Assembly: GCA_963847185.1 (NCBI GenBank)
Contig: CAWJYV010000007.1
Location: 544,001 to 608,000 of the forward strand
Direction: 5' to 3'
From: an uncultured Methanosarcinaceae archaeon
Lineage (GTDB): Archaea; Halobacteriota; Methanosarcinia; Methanosarcinales; Methanosarcinaceae
Length of the DNA stretch: 64,000 nucleotides
Position numbers and translations under genes: made by a program. The notes beneath the pieces are model-generated. The model was given only the letters and a program-made list of their open reading frames with translations. It ran no database searches and had not been told where the DNA came from. Positions 41,020 to 50,650 of the stretch are shown here, piece after piece (position 1 is the stretch's first letter; each line of letters opens with the position of its first letter).

Positions 41020-42943
41020 TCAGTCTTTTCCTGAGTAAGCTTTGACATAATAATTATTATAAATCAAATCATGTCTCGATGTCTGAAATTGTGATAGGAA
41101 ACCATCATCGATTACTTTGACTAAACCTAATTCTCCCCCTTTCCAGTCCATAACCACAGGTTCTTCTGTTATGCATTCCCTCAATAGTATTACATTTTTA
41201 TTTAGCGATTCGTAGTCAGTTTCATTAATGCCTTTAATGTCGCAATTACACGAAAGTTCTCTAAATAATATCGAATAACTTCCGTCAGTGTTTACGGTTC
41301 CACTACAAGTTTCAGCAATAGTTCTGGATGCTTGGATTTCAGAATTCGTAAACGAAGCACGTGGCCATCGCTCCTTACAGTAAAGTGGACTATCTCCATT
41401 GACATAAGGGGTTGTTATCATTGTAAATGTAAAAATAATAAATATTAGAGAAAGTGTTGTTATTTTCTTATTATTTAGTGAATTTACTAGGGAAAATATG
41501 GCTTGTGTTGACATAAAAATTAAAAATAAATATGCAAATGTAAGCCATCTGGTAGAAAGCTGAGCGTTTCCAATTCCAGTAAGTGGGGCTCCATATATGA
41601 AGAAATACAGGGAAACTGTAGCTACAATTATAGTGAACTTCTTAGAGTCTTGAGCTTTTGAAGAGAACCATATCAAGGCTCCAATAATAGCAAGGCCAAT
41701 AAGAATTAAATATCCCAAATGAAATAAGACGTTAGAAATCATGCTATATTGTGCATAATAATCAGCATAGACGTTAGAATCATGAGAAAAAAAGTCTCCG
41801 TATTTTAATACATTGACGATTGGATTAATTGCGAAATAAAAGAAACTTTTCCCACTAGTGAGATCCTTGTCAGCCTGCATCCAGTAATAAACAAGCATAA
41901 CTCCAAAAATTAATAGAGAATTCATGCTTAGAGTTGTACTTAAAGTGCTCATGTTCAAATATCTACGATTTCCATGAATATGAGTAAAAACATGTTCTCC
42001 TATAAATATACTTAATAAAATAATTAGTGAAGCTAAGGTGCTTAATTGGTGAGTAAGTATCAAAACAAAAATTAATAAGACTTTAATAATATTATTAGCG
42101 ACAAAGTTTGAATTAGTAAGTATAATATATAAAAGTATTAAGAGCCAGCAAAAGACTATTGATCCCGGCGTTATACTGGTCAAACTTGCTACAATAAATA
42201 TGTCACTTACGTTTGCAAGTAACATCGCAAATAACCCAAATTTAACTCCTGACTAACTTCTTGCCTATTAAATATATATATATTGTACTGACTGAAAAGA
42301 AAAAAACAGTAGAGAAAAACACCGAATCTTTAATATTAAAAGAAGATACTAGACTTAAACTTGCATTAAGTACATGGTAGATAGGGAAATCGAAATATTT
42401 TGTATAATCCATACTTTCTGGAGTAATAAAACCGGAAGCTACTACTTGATTTATTAATTTTGCATGCTTGAATAAATCATTTCCAATCAAACTATTAAAT
42501 TCATAATATATTCCATACCTTATGTTTAAAGATAAGAAAATTATTTTCAGTATTACAGACAGCTTTGTATCTCTTTCCTTCAGATAAATAATCTCAATAG
42601 CGATCAGTGAACTTAAAAAAGAGACTAATATAAAATAGACAAGAGGTCTGTGATATATATTAAAATAAAGCAGTAATATACTGATAGTATAAATAAATAC
42701 GAACATTATGTCCAGTGAGTGAATTATTGTTTTATTTGCATTATTAAGTCTGTAATCAAAATTGCTAAGCGATTCTTTGAAAAAACGATCTTTAAAAAGA
42801 ACATAGATTAGAGGTGAAATGAAAAATATTAATCCGATATCATATTGAAGCAATTTTGCATACCATGAGATAAATAATATAAGTATACCGAGAATACTGA
42901 TGCCTAAAGCAGCGACTAAGTCTAGTTTTGAAGAAATCTTCAT
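41020..42943 (-). pseudogene. GT-C-like polytopic membrane protein split by a 1-nt frameshift (ORFs 42242-42943 and 41020-42225)
   Basis: Removing one base near 42250 fuses KKLV to GVKFGLFAMLLANV; the ~640-aa product is colinear with 20116-22167. Confidence 0.7.
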
Positions 42944-42995
42944 AAAAACTCGTTCCTTCTAATAAATAAGCCCAATTTCCTTTTCATATCTAGTG

Positions 42996-43475
42996 TCATG
43001 CAGCAGATTTATTATATTGGCTAATATATCGCTTAAGAGATTCTACAAGTTCGTTTTTTATTCGCAGGTGGGAAGCCGTACATTTTAATTCCTGTAAATG
43101 ATTTTCTAATTCATTCAGGGTGTTAGCAACCATTATTCGGTCTTCGTTTTCAAGTTCTTTTGAGATTTCTAATTGATGATCGTCAATAACCTCTCCCAAT
43201 TCTTTATTTCGGGGTACCGCAATCACCAACTTTTCGTTTTCTAATGAAGTCATCAACGAACCGACGCCTGCGTGGCAAACAATTACTCTCGCTTCTGAAT
43301 AAAACTGATCCATTTTTTCCTTGGACTCAAATCTGAAGTAAGATGCGTGCTTGGGTTCATATTCAGTGTTTCCAATTTGCATTATAACTTCTTCATCCGT
43401 TTTTTCTGCAATTGCATCCATCCATCTAATTAGCCTTTCAAATCCATACATCATACCAATAGTAACAAATATCAG
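42996..43475 (-). CDS. PssE/Cps14G (Alg13-like) glycosyltransferase catalytic subunit, probable CTG start
   Basis: CTG-IFVTIG overlaps the upstream TGA; QIG, HAGVGS, VPR, DDHQLEI motifs. Confidence 0.85.
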   Translation of the reverse strand: MIFVTIGMMYGFERLIRWMDAIAEKTDEEVIMQIGNTEYEPKHASYFRFESKEKMDQFYSEARVIVCHAGVGSLMTSLENEKLVIAVPRNKELGEVIDDHQLEISKELENEDRIMVANTLNELENHLQELKCTASHLRIKNELVESLKRYISQYNKSAA

Positions 43476-43927
43476 ATAATTCTCCCCCAGTATTTTGCCT
43501 TATTCCCATATTTTGACAAGAGTGACTCCCATTGAACCAGAAAAACATCAGATATATGATACACTAGCTTTCCTCCTCCTGAGGGTGTTGTTATACGTGC
43601 TAACGTTTCAATGAAAATCACTTTTGAACCCAAAAGTTTACCAATATAACAGAAAGGAACTGCAATTTCTCCTCCTCCTGTAGTTACAATGATATTGGGT
43701 CGCTCTTTAACTAATATATAGAAAATTTTCATAATGTTTTTAATTTGTAAAAGTTTTCCTTTTAGAGTCCAATCTTTAAACTCAAGAAAATAAGCATTTT
43801 TTAAGTTTTTTGTTGCTTCTGAAGAGTAAGTTGCAAAGAAATAATCACAATGTTCAAATGCTCTAACTAACTGCATCATTTCAGTGAAATGACCGCCATG
43901 AGAACAAACTAGACATATTTTAGTCAT
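43472..43927 (-). CDS. PssD/Cps14F (Alg14-like) glycosyltransferase subunit
   Basis: LVCSHGGHF, IVTTGG, FIETLAR, FLVQWE. Confidence 0.9.
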   Translation of the reverse strand: MTKICLVCSHGGHFTEMMQLVRAFEHCDYFFATYSSEATKNLKNAYFLEFKDWTLKGKLLQIKNIMKIFYILVKERPNIIVTTGGGEIAVPFCYIGKLLGSKVIFIETLARITTPSGGGKLVYHISDVFLVQWESLLSKYGNKAKYWGRII

Positions 43928-44145
43928 TCATAAACCCCTAAAGATATAACCGTGAAAATTTCTAGTTGGCCTTCTTAATAGCTGGTAATATACAAAGATC
44001 GTGAATCTAGGAATAATTTCGATATCTTTAAGCAAAAACAAAGAGTTTTAGCTCTTTTAAAGATAGTAGACAACTGAGCAGGTATGTTTACATTTTTTTA
44101 CAAGTACTTCACGATATTTTCGGAATAAAGCCTCGGTTACTCTAT

Positions 44146-45111
44146 TTATGCCACCCTTGCTTCCTTCATAATTGAAGACACCGAATGTAATAATATCCCT
44201 GTCAGAGCCATGAAGGTCCCTATAACAATAAACAGAACCATTAGCATTGTTGGGCCAAACTGAAGGCTTCCTCCCATGGAAAAGGTGCGAATAAAGTGAG
44301 CACCCATATAGAGGCCTCCTATTCCAAGAGATAGGCCAGGAACTGTAAAGTAGTAAAGCGGCTTGTTGAACTCTATATCCTTTAAGACCATGACAAGGAC
44401 GCCGAAACCATGCTCGATTGGATTTTTGGTTGAGCAATCAACGTCGTAGCGAACTCCTATTTCAACTTCTTTTATTCGAATGCCAGATTTTGCCGCATCT
44501 GCAAGCATTTCGCTTTCTATTGCCATACCCTGTGCATTGAAACGAAAATTGTCTTTTGTAGAGGCTGCAAAGGCACGAAAACCGCTCTGAGAATCTGTAA
44601 TTTTGAGTCCAGAATTCAGATTAGTAAACCTGTCCAGAACTCTCTGGCCGACGCGACGGTAGAGAGGTGTGTTCCTGTCCAGACCATTCAAATAACGGCT
44701 ACCATTTACCATATCTGCCTCGCCTTTAAGAATTGGCTGAACAAGTCGTGGAATGTCTTCAGGATTATGCTGGCCGTCAGAGTCCATGGTAACTATAATG
44801 TCTGCACCCTCTGCGGCTGAAAAACCGGTTTTTAGAGCGCCTCCTTTTCCTGTGTTAACCTCATGAACGATCACTTCTGCGCCCGCATTCCTGGCAATTT
44901 CAGCTGTCCTGTCCGAGCTGCCGTCGTCTACAACGATCACATTGTCAGCGTAGTGTTTTGTAAGGAGTACTATGCTTCCTATAGATACTTCTTCATTGTA
45001 AGCTGGAAGAATAACAGTAATGTTTTGGGGAGCTGTGCCCCTCTTGCAGGAATTTTCGCTTTTTTTAATTAGGCATCGGGCGATTTTACCCATAGACGGT
45101 TCATTACTCAC
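44146..45111 (-). CDS. GT2, DPM1-like polyprenol-phosphate glycosyltransferase
   Basis: PAYNEE, VDDGSSD, MDSDGQH, GSRY, DSQSGFRA. Confidence 0.88.
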   Translation of the reverse strand: MSNEPSMGKIARCLIKKSENSCKRGTAPQNITVILPAYNEEVSIGSIVLLTKHYADNVIVVDDGSSDRTAEIARNAGAEVIVHEVNTGKGGALKTGFSAAEGADIIVTMDSDGQHNPEDIPRLVQPILKGEADMVNGSRYLNGLDRNTPLYRRVGQRVLDRFTNLNSGLKITDSQSGFRAFAASTKDNFRFNAQGMAIESEMLADAAKSGIRIKEVEIGVRYDVDCSTKNPIEHGFGVLVMVLKDIEFNKPLYYFTVPGLSLGIGGLYMGAHFIRTFSMGGSLQFGPTMLMVLFIVIGTFMALTGILLHSVSSIMKEARVA

Positions 45112-45726
45112 TTTGGACTATCCCCCAAATTATGTAATTTTTAGAGTATTCTATTATAAGGCTTGAAAGTTGTTTGAGATGAAATCTTTTTGAGATTTTG
45201 AATTAATTATAATAATTGAATTTTTAGAAAGAGATTATCTGAAAAAATATATAAAGTTATTTAAATTACATTCAACTTATAATAATGCGCAAAGATTAAT
45301 GTCATCTAATAAATATTCTTTAATATTTGGATAAATTTAATATTCAACCGATACCTTGTGAAAAGTAAAAATTAAAGTCGAAAAAATAGAGTAATTTTTA
45401 CAAAAGTATCAAATTAATTCTTAAAAACAAAATCAATAGAGGTTAGTCTTATTTCATCCGCGGTCCCGCTAATTTCTGTACCTTCAGGAAAAATACATTT
45501 ATGAAATGATGAATCTTAAGTAATATCATACTCTTAAAGGTACTCGCCTCGTTTACAATAGAAAAATGATAGAAATTGAATATTTAGGTAATTATCAGGA
45601 AGGAGTTATTAAGTTCACTTACAAACTTTTTTTTCTATTCAATTGGGGGGAATTTTACATCTCCAAATATAGTAATTGAGTAAGTTTGGAGCTCTTTTTC
45701 AAGATGAGATATTTAGTAGTTATATG

Positions 45727-45970
45727 TCCCACATTCCGCAGTATTTTTTTGAAAATCACGATTTTTTCCGATAGCGTTTTTGGAACATCTCAAAATAATC
45801 TAAAATCAAAATGAAACTCGATGAAAATTGAGTGCTATCGTTTTTTGGCCTCTAAATTCATACATACCCACCTTTAATTCCTGCACAAAAGTCCAATAAA
45901 TTTACGTTAAATTGAAAATCGATAGCATTAAACACTATTAAAATATGAAATTTTACTGCGGAAAGTGGGA
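45727..45970. mobile_element. 244-bp MITE with 17-bp terminal inverted repeats and long flanking direct repeats (IS1634-like)
   Basis: TCCCACATTCCGCAGTA (45727-45743) / TACTGCGGAAAGTGGGA (45954-45970); AGATATTTAGTAGT at 45707-45720 and 45972-45985. Confidence 0.75.
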
Positions 45971-46117
45971 TAGATATTTAGTAGTAATAAAGAAAAAAAA
46001 TTAACTAAGTATGTACGATTATTTTTAGGAATTTTTATGATTTTTTTAGTATACAGGCACTAGCAAATAGTAAGAGTATTTTTTGAGGTTCAAGCCAAGT
46101 GCCTGAATTAGTAATAA

Positions 46118-47092
46118 TTATATGGCTGGTTCAGTTTGCGTTGTCTCTTCTAGTGAATGGATTACGATTCCTTTTATTGTCATATATGCGCCTGCAAGAG
46201 CAAGAAACACCATCAAGAATGCAGGGCCGAAGTGAAGACTTCTGAATCCGAGAAGAAAAGCTTCAAGGAACCTGAATCCCATATATAGGGCACATGTTGC
46301 AAGGGCAAAACCTGGTACTGAGTAAAAATACAATGGTTTGTTTATTTCTATGTCTTTTACAACAGCCTCCAGGATTCCTAAAGTGTACTTGATCGGATTT
46401 CTTACTGGGTTTTCAAGTTTATGGGAAGTCCCTATTTCAACTTCTTTTATTCGAAGACCGGATTTCTCAGCCTTTGAGAATATATCACTCTCTATTTCAA
46501 GATCCTGTGAAATGAACTGGAAATTGTCTTTTGCAGAAGCAGAAAAAGCGAGGAAACCACTCTGGGGGTCTGTTATCCTGAGGCCTGAATTAAGGTTTGT
46601 GAATTTGTCCAGTATGGTCTGACCAACTCGGCGATAAATTGAAACTTTTTTGCCCAAATCGTTTAAGTAACGGCTACCGTTAACAATATCAGCACTTCCT
46701 TTGGCAACCGGGGCAATTAGTTTTGGAATATCTTCAGGATCGTGCTGTCCCTGTGAGCCCATGGTCACAATTATATCGGCTCCAAGTTTGATTGCAACTT
46801 CGATACCTGTCTCAAGGGATGCACTTTTTCCTTTGCTGGCTACATTGACAATCACTGTAGCTCCGGCTTTTTTAGCTATATCACCTGTCCGATCTGAGCT
46901 TCCGTCATCTACAACGATTACATTGTCTGCATAAAGCCTTGTTAGCAGAATAGTACTGCCAATGGAAGCTTCTTCATTACAAGCAGGAAGAACCACTGTA
47001 GTATTTTGAATGGATTTATCTCTTCTGCAAGGATATTCTTCTTTCTTGGTGGTACTTTTGGCACTTTTGCCTATAAACAATTTATTACTCAT
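46118..47092 (-). CDS. GT2, DPM1-like paralog with a degenerate DxD motif
   Basis: Tandem paralog of 44146-45111; TMGSQGQH replaces TMDSDGQH. Confidence 0.82.
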   Translation of the reverse strand: MSNKLFIGKSAKSTTKKEEYPCRRDKSIQNTTVVLPACNEEASIGSTILLTRLYADNVIVVDDGSSDRTGDIAKKAGATVIVNVASKGKSASLETGIEVAIKLGADIIVTMGSQGQHDPEDIPKLIAPVAKGSADIVNGSRYLNDLGKKVSIYRRVGQTILDKFTNLNSGLRITDPQSGFLAFSASAKDNFQFISQDLEIESDIFSKAEKSGLRIKEVEIGTSHKLENPVRNPIKYTLGILEAVVKDIEINKPLYFYSVPGFALATCALYMGFRFLEAFLLGFRSLHFGPAFLMVFLALAGAYMTIKGIVIHSLEETTQTEPAI

Positions 47093-47849
47093 TTCTGATG
47101 ACCCCCTAGGTATGAAATTAAATATTTTAGAACCAATTTATGTGTGAAAATATTAGAAAAAATTTACAATTGTTTGGTCTGAAGATGTTCTGGATTATTT
47201 ATCAGACCTTAATGGATTAACTCTTAAAAGTTAAATTTTGGAGACGATTATATAAATTTATTGAGAGTAGTCTAATTGTAAAATAATTATAAAAAAATAA
47301 TATCATCGGATGAAACTTTAATCGGATCCATGTAATGATATAAGATTAAACTAACAGACTTTGTAAATAAACTTTGAAATCCCGAACTGACCATAACAAT
47401 AGCTTTTAATTCAAAAACTATTTTTAAAAAAGAGCTCCAGTAAGCTTAATGTATTATGTTTTCCTGGTCCCGCGAATTTCTGAGTTCTCAGGCAAATTTT
47501 CTTCAGCTAAGTTTGAAATCTGAAGTCGTACTCCATCGTAAGTATGACTTGCCGCATTTTATGGGAAAGATTTTTCGATTTAATTACTTAATAGGGAACA
47601 TTGAAAAAACATGTTTTCCAGAATATCAGTCAATGAGAATAAATTTACATAATAAATGAAAGTATTATTAAAAAATGCGTTTATTAATTGGTTTATATAA
47701 TTATTGTCTCTGAATAAAGATTATATATAAATACCTTAAAATCTTAAGTAAGTAGGCGAGAGAAAAAGAACGAAAGACTATCAAAAATTCAGTGGGAAAA
47801 CTTAAAGTAAAGTTGCCCAAAAGTATATTTAAAAACTAAAAATCAAATT

Positions 47850-48105
47850 GCGTGCGGTCACCCCACCCTAAAGGATGGGGTATGCTTCGGGCCGCCCGGT
47901 TACTCGGAAAAGAAGTCACATTGTCCTTTAATATGGTTTCATTGATCTAAGTGATTAAAACTCTGCCACCGAGACTCTGTCCGATTTCCGATCACTTTCC
48001 AAAGAAGAGACGATTAAGATATGTAAAGGGAAAAACGAAGAGGCGAGGGTTCACCTCATCCCCACCCTAAAGGATGGGGTATTCGTGACCCTCTGCGCTC
48101 CCAAT
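47850..48105. mobile_element. Non-autonomous IS200/IS605-like miniature element
   Basis: 23-bp hairpin repeat CCCCACCCTAAAGGATGGGGTAT at 47861-47883 and 48060-48082; no transposase between the copies; ends approximate. Confidence 0.68.
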
Positions 48106-48263
48106 GTAATAAAAAAGAAAGTAGACTAAAAGAAGCATCCTGAATTATTGCATACATTGACAAAAAATAGAGCAAAAGAATAAGAAGGATGAGTAAAAGA
48201 TAGTTAATCTCTTGAAATAAAATGAAGAACGATAATAATTTTTTATAAGGCCAGATGACCTGA

Positions 48264-49187
48264 ATGACCGGAAAAAAAAATTTCTCAGACCTTTTGATCG
48301 TTATGGGGCTTGTGCTCCTTACAGATATCTTTGTACTTACACCAGGATTAAATGAAAATATGCTCAGGAATATTCTTGGGCTACCTCTTGTGCTTTTCTT
48401 TCCAGGATATGCTCTTATTGCTGCTCTTTTTCCTGCAAAATTGGATCTTGACGGAATCGAAAGGACAGCTCTCTCCTTCGGACTAAGCATTGCAGTTGTG
48501 CCTCTGATAGGGTTAGGCCTCAACTACACCCCATGGGGGATAAGGCTTTTGCCAATTCTTATAAGCCTATCAGTTTTTACTCTCATTATGTGTGGGCTTG
48601 CTTACCTAAGGCGAGCAAAACTTCCGGAAACGGATGTTTTCGAAGTGGATTTCAAGGAAATGGTACTGTCATTCAAATCCGAACTCTTGGAAAAGCCGGA
48701 ATCAAAGGTAGATAAAACCCTTAATATCATCCTGATAATTTCTATTCTATTCTCTGTCGCAACTCTTGTTTATGTAGTTGTAACGCCTAAAGAGGGGGAA
48801 CATTTTACAGAATTTTATCTTCTTGGGTCTGAAGGAAAAGCTGACAACTATCCTGCAAAGTATATCCTTGGAGATAACGGAACCTTAATTGTGGAAGTTG
48901 TAAATCATGAATACAGATTTGTAAATTACACAATGGAAGTTAGGCTTGAAAATAGATCTCTCCCTCTTCCGGAAAATCAAAGATATATAAGCCTTGCTCA
49001 TAACGAGACATGGGAAGAACCAGTTACTTTTACGCCTCCTTTTGAAGGCAGGAATCTGAAGCTTGAGTTTCTGCTCTTTAATGAAACTGACAAGAATCTG
49101 CCCTATAGAGATCTACATATCTGGATCGACGTAAACTCAACAATAAAACCTGAGGTTCCAAAAACCTCAGAACCTCAACAGGCATAA
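48264..49187 (+). CDS. DUF1616 domain membrane protein
   Basis: LFFPGYAL, ERTALSFGLS, EHFTEFYLLG, PYRDLHIWIDV; paralog of 25182-26069. Confidence 0.87.
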   Translation: MTGKKNFSDLLIVMGLVLLTDIFVLTPGLNENMLRNILGLPLVLFFPGYALIAALFPAKLDLDGIERTALSFGLSIAVVPLIGLGLNYTPWGIRLLPILISLSVFTLIMCGLAYLRRAKLPETDVFEVDFKEMVLSFKSELLEKPESKVDKTLNIILIISILFSVATLVYVVVTPKEGEHFTEFYLLGSEGKADNYPAKYILGDNGTLIVEVVNHEYRFVNYTMEVRLENRSLPLPENQRYISLAHNETWEEPVTFTPPFEGRNLKLEFLLFNETDKNLPYRDLHIWIDVNSTIKPEVPKTSEPQQA

Positions 49188-49939
49188 GATCTCAAGTCAT
49201 GGATTTTTTACTTTCAGACCAGCAAAATTAACGAGGTCAGATTTTTCAAGTATATTTCATAAGATTTTTGGGTGTGCAGTTTACGAAGATATTCGAGTAT
49301 CCAGGATGAAATTTCTTAATAAATACTCCAAAACTTATTCTCATGAAGGCTTTCCTGCAGCCCGTAAGTGCTCTGAGGATCATCAATTTGGAATATAACA
49401 CCGTGAAAAAAATATCACATACCAGTATTTTCAAATAAGTTATATTCTCCTTCAAGGATAGGCAGCTGGAACGTAAGATGAACATGCACAAACTTTTCTT
49501 GTGAAATTTCAAATTTGTTTTCGGTATTCTGTAAACTAGTTACTGATCTTATGAGAGTACAGAATGTATCTATTATTTTTCAGATCCTGAAGTTCATAAA
49601 ATTAAATATTAGAGTAGATTAAGATGTTTACTGTGGAAGAATAAATAAAGTGTTTTTTGAATCAGTAAAATATCAGTTCAGTATGGTTAAATATTTTAGC
49701 TTCAGCTGTTAGTAAAAATCATCATTTTATCTATGACGAATTTTGAGTTTTTTGAAGATATTATGGGAATAAAAATTGTTGTACGATAATTAGAGCAGAA
49801 AAGATGTTCAGAACTTAGAGGTTGAAACATATGAAGAATAATGAATTGTGTATTGATGAACGGTAGAAGATCGAAGGAAAGACACGGTTGTGTTTAATGA
49901 AATAACGACACAAAAAGAGGGTCAGAGGATAAATGTAGG

Positions 49940-50280
49940 GTATGAGTTGAGGGAGAGGAGACGGATGGAACACAACGTAGAGGACTGTTGAGCCAACAGA
50001 GAGACAGGAGAGAGACAAACAGCGGGGAAAGGGAGAGAGAGAGAAAGAGACGAGAGAGAGAGACGGAGAGAAAAGAGAGGGGAGAAGGGAGAACGAAAGA
50101 AAGGAACGTGGAAGAAAGAGGAATGCGGATAGGTAAGAAAAAGACATGAGATGAAGATTGAAGTGTTTGAGAAAAAGAGAAAGAGATATAGGATGATGAA
50201 AAAGAGAAAATATAGGAACAGAAAGAGGGAGCGAAGCTTGAGAAATAGAGCGAAAAAAGGAAGAGGTGAAGTAGTTTTCA
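49940..50280. repeat. Purine-rich (GA) low-complexity tract
   Basis: GAGAGAGAGAGACGGAGAGAAAAGAGAGGGGAGAAGGGA and similar; nearly all purines on the + strand. Confidence 0.7.
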
Positions 50281-50650
50281 GTTAAACTCTTTTACTATCA
50301 ATAAAAATTTATATGATGTTCTCAATAAGGCTAGATAGCATCATAAATGTATAATGTTCTTCATAATTAGTGTAGAACCCTAATTTGACAGATTCTGCTA
50401 ATCAATACAGTATTTTCTTATACAAAACATATTTCATCGACACATTACATTTTGATTAAATGAAATATGTCAAAAAATCGTAAGATGCGAGACAAAACTT
50501 TGAATTGTATGAAGAAAACAGAAGCATGAAGCCCATTTAAACATTATGCAATATATGCTTCTGTCAAATTTGGGTAAAATTTAGTAAAATATTCGGAAAT
50601 ACTAAAATAATTATATGAGTTTGCCCCTATTTGAAGAAGGAGTCATTCCT

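Noticed and set aside
47861-48082. Two identical 23-bp repeats as a mini-CRISPR
   Set aside because: The ~176-bp gap is far too long for a spacer, and the hairpin type fits IS200/IS605 ends better.
48056-48523. 155-aa minus-strand ORF next to the IS-like hairpins as a possible transposase
   Set aside because: It is antisense to DUF1616 and has no HUH/Y1 or RuvC motifs.
49815-50147. 110-aa S/L/F-rich ORF
   Set aside because: A by-product of the polypurine tract read on the pyrimidine strand; no RBS or motif support.
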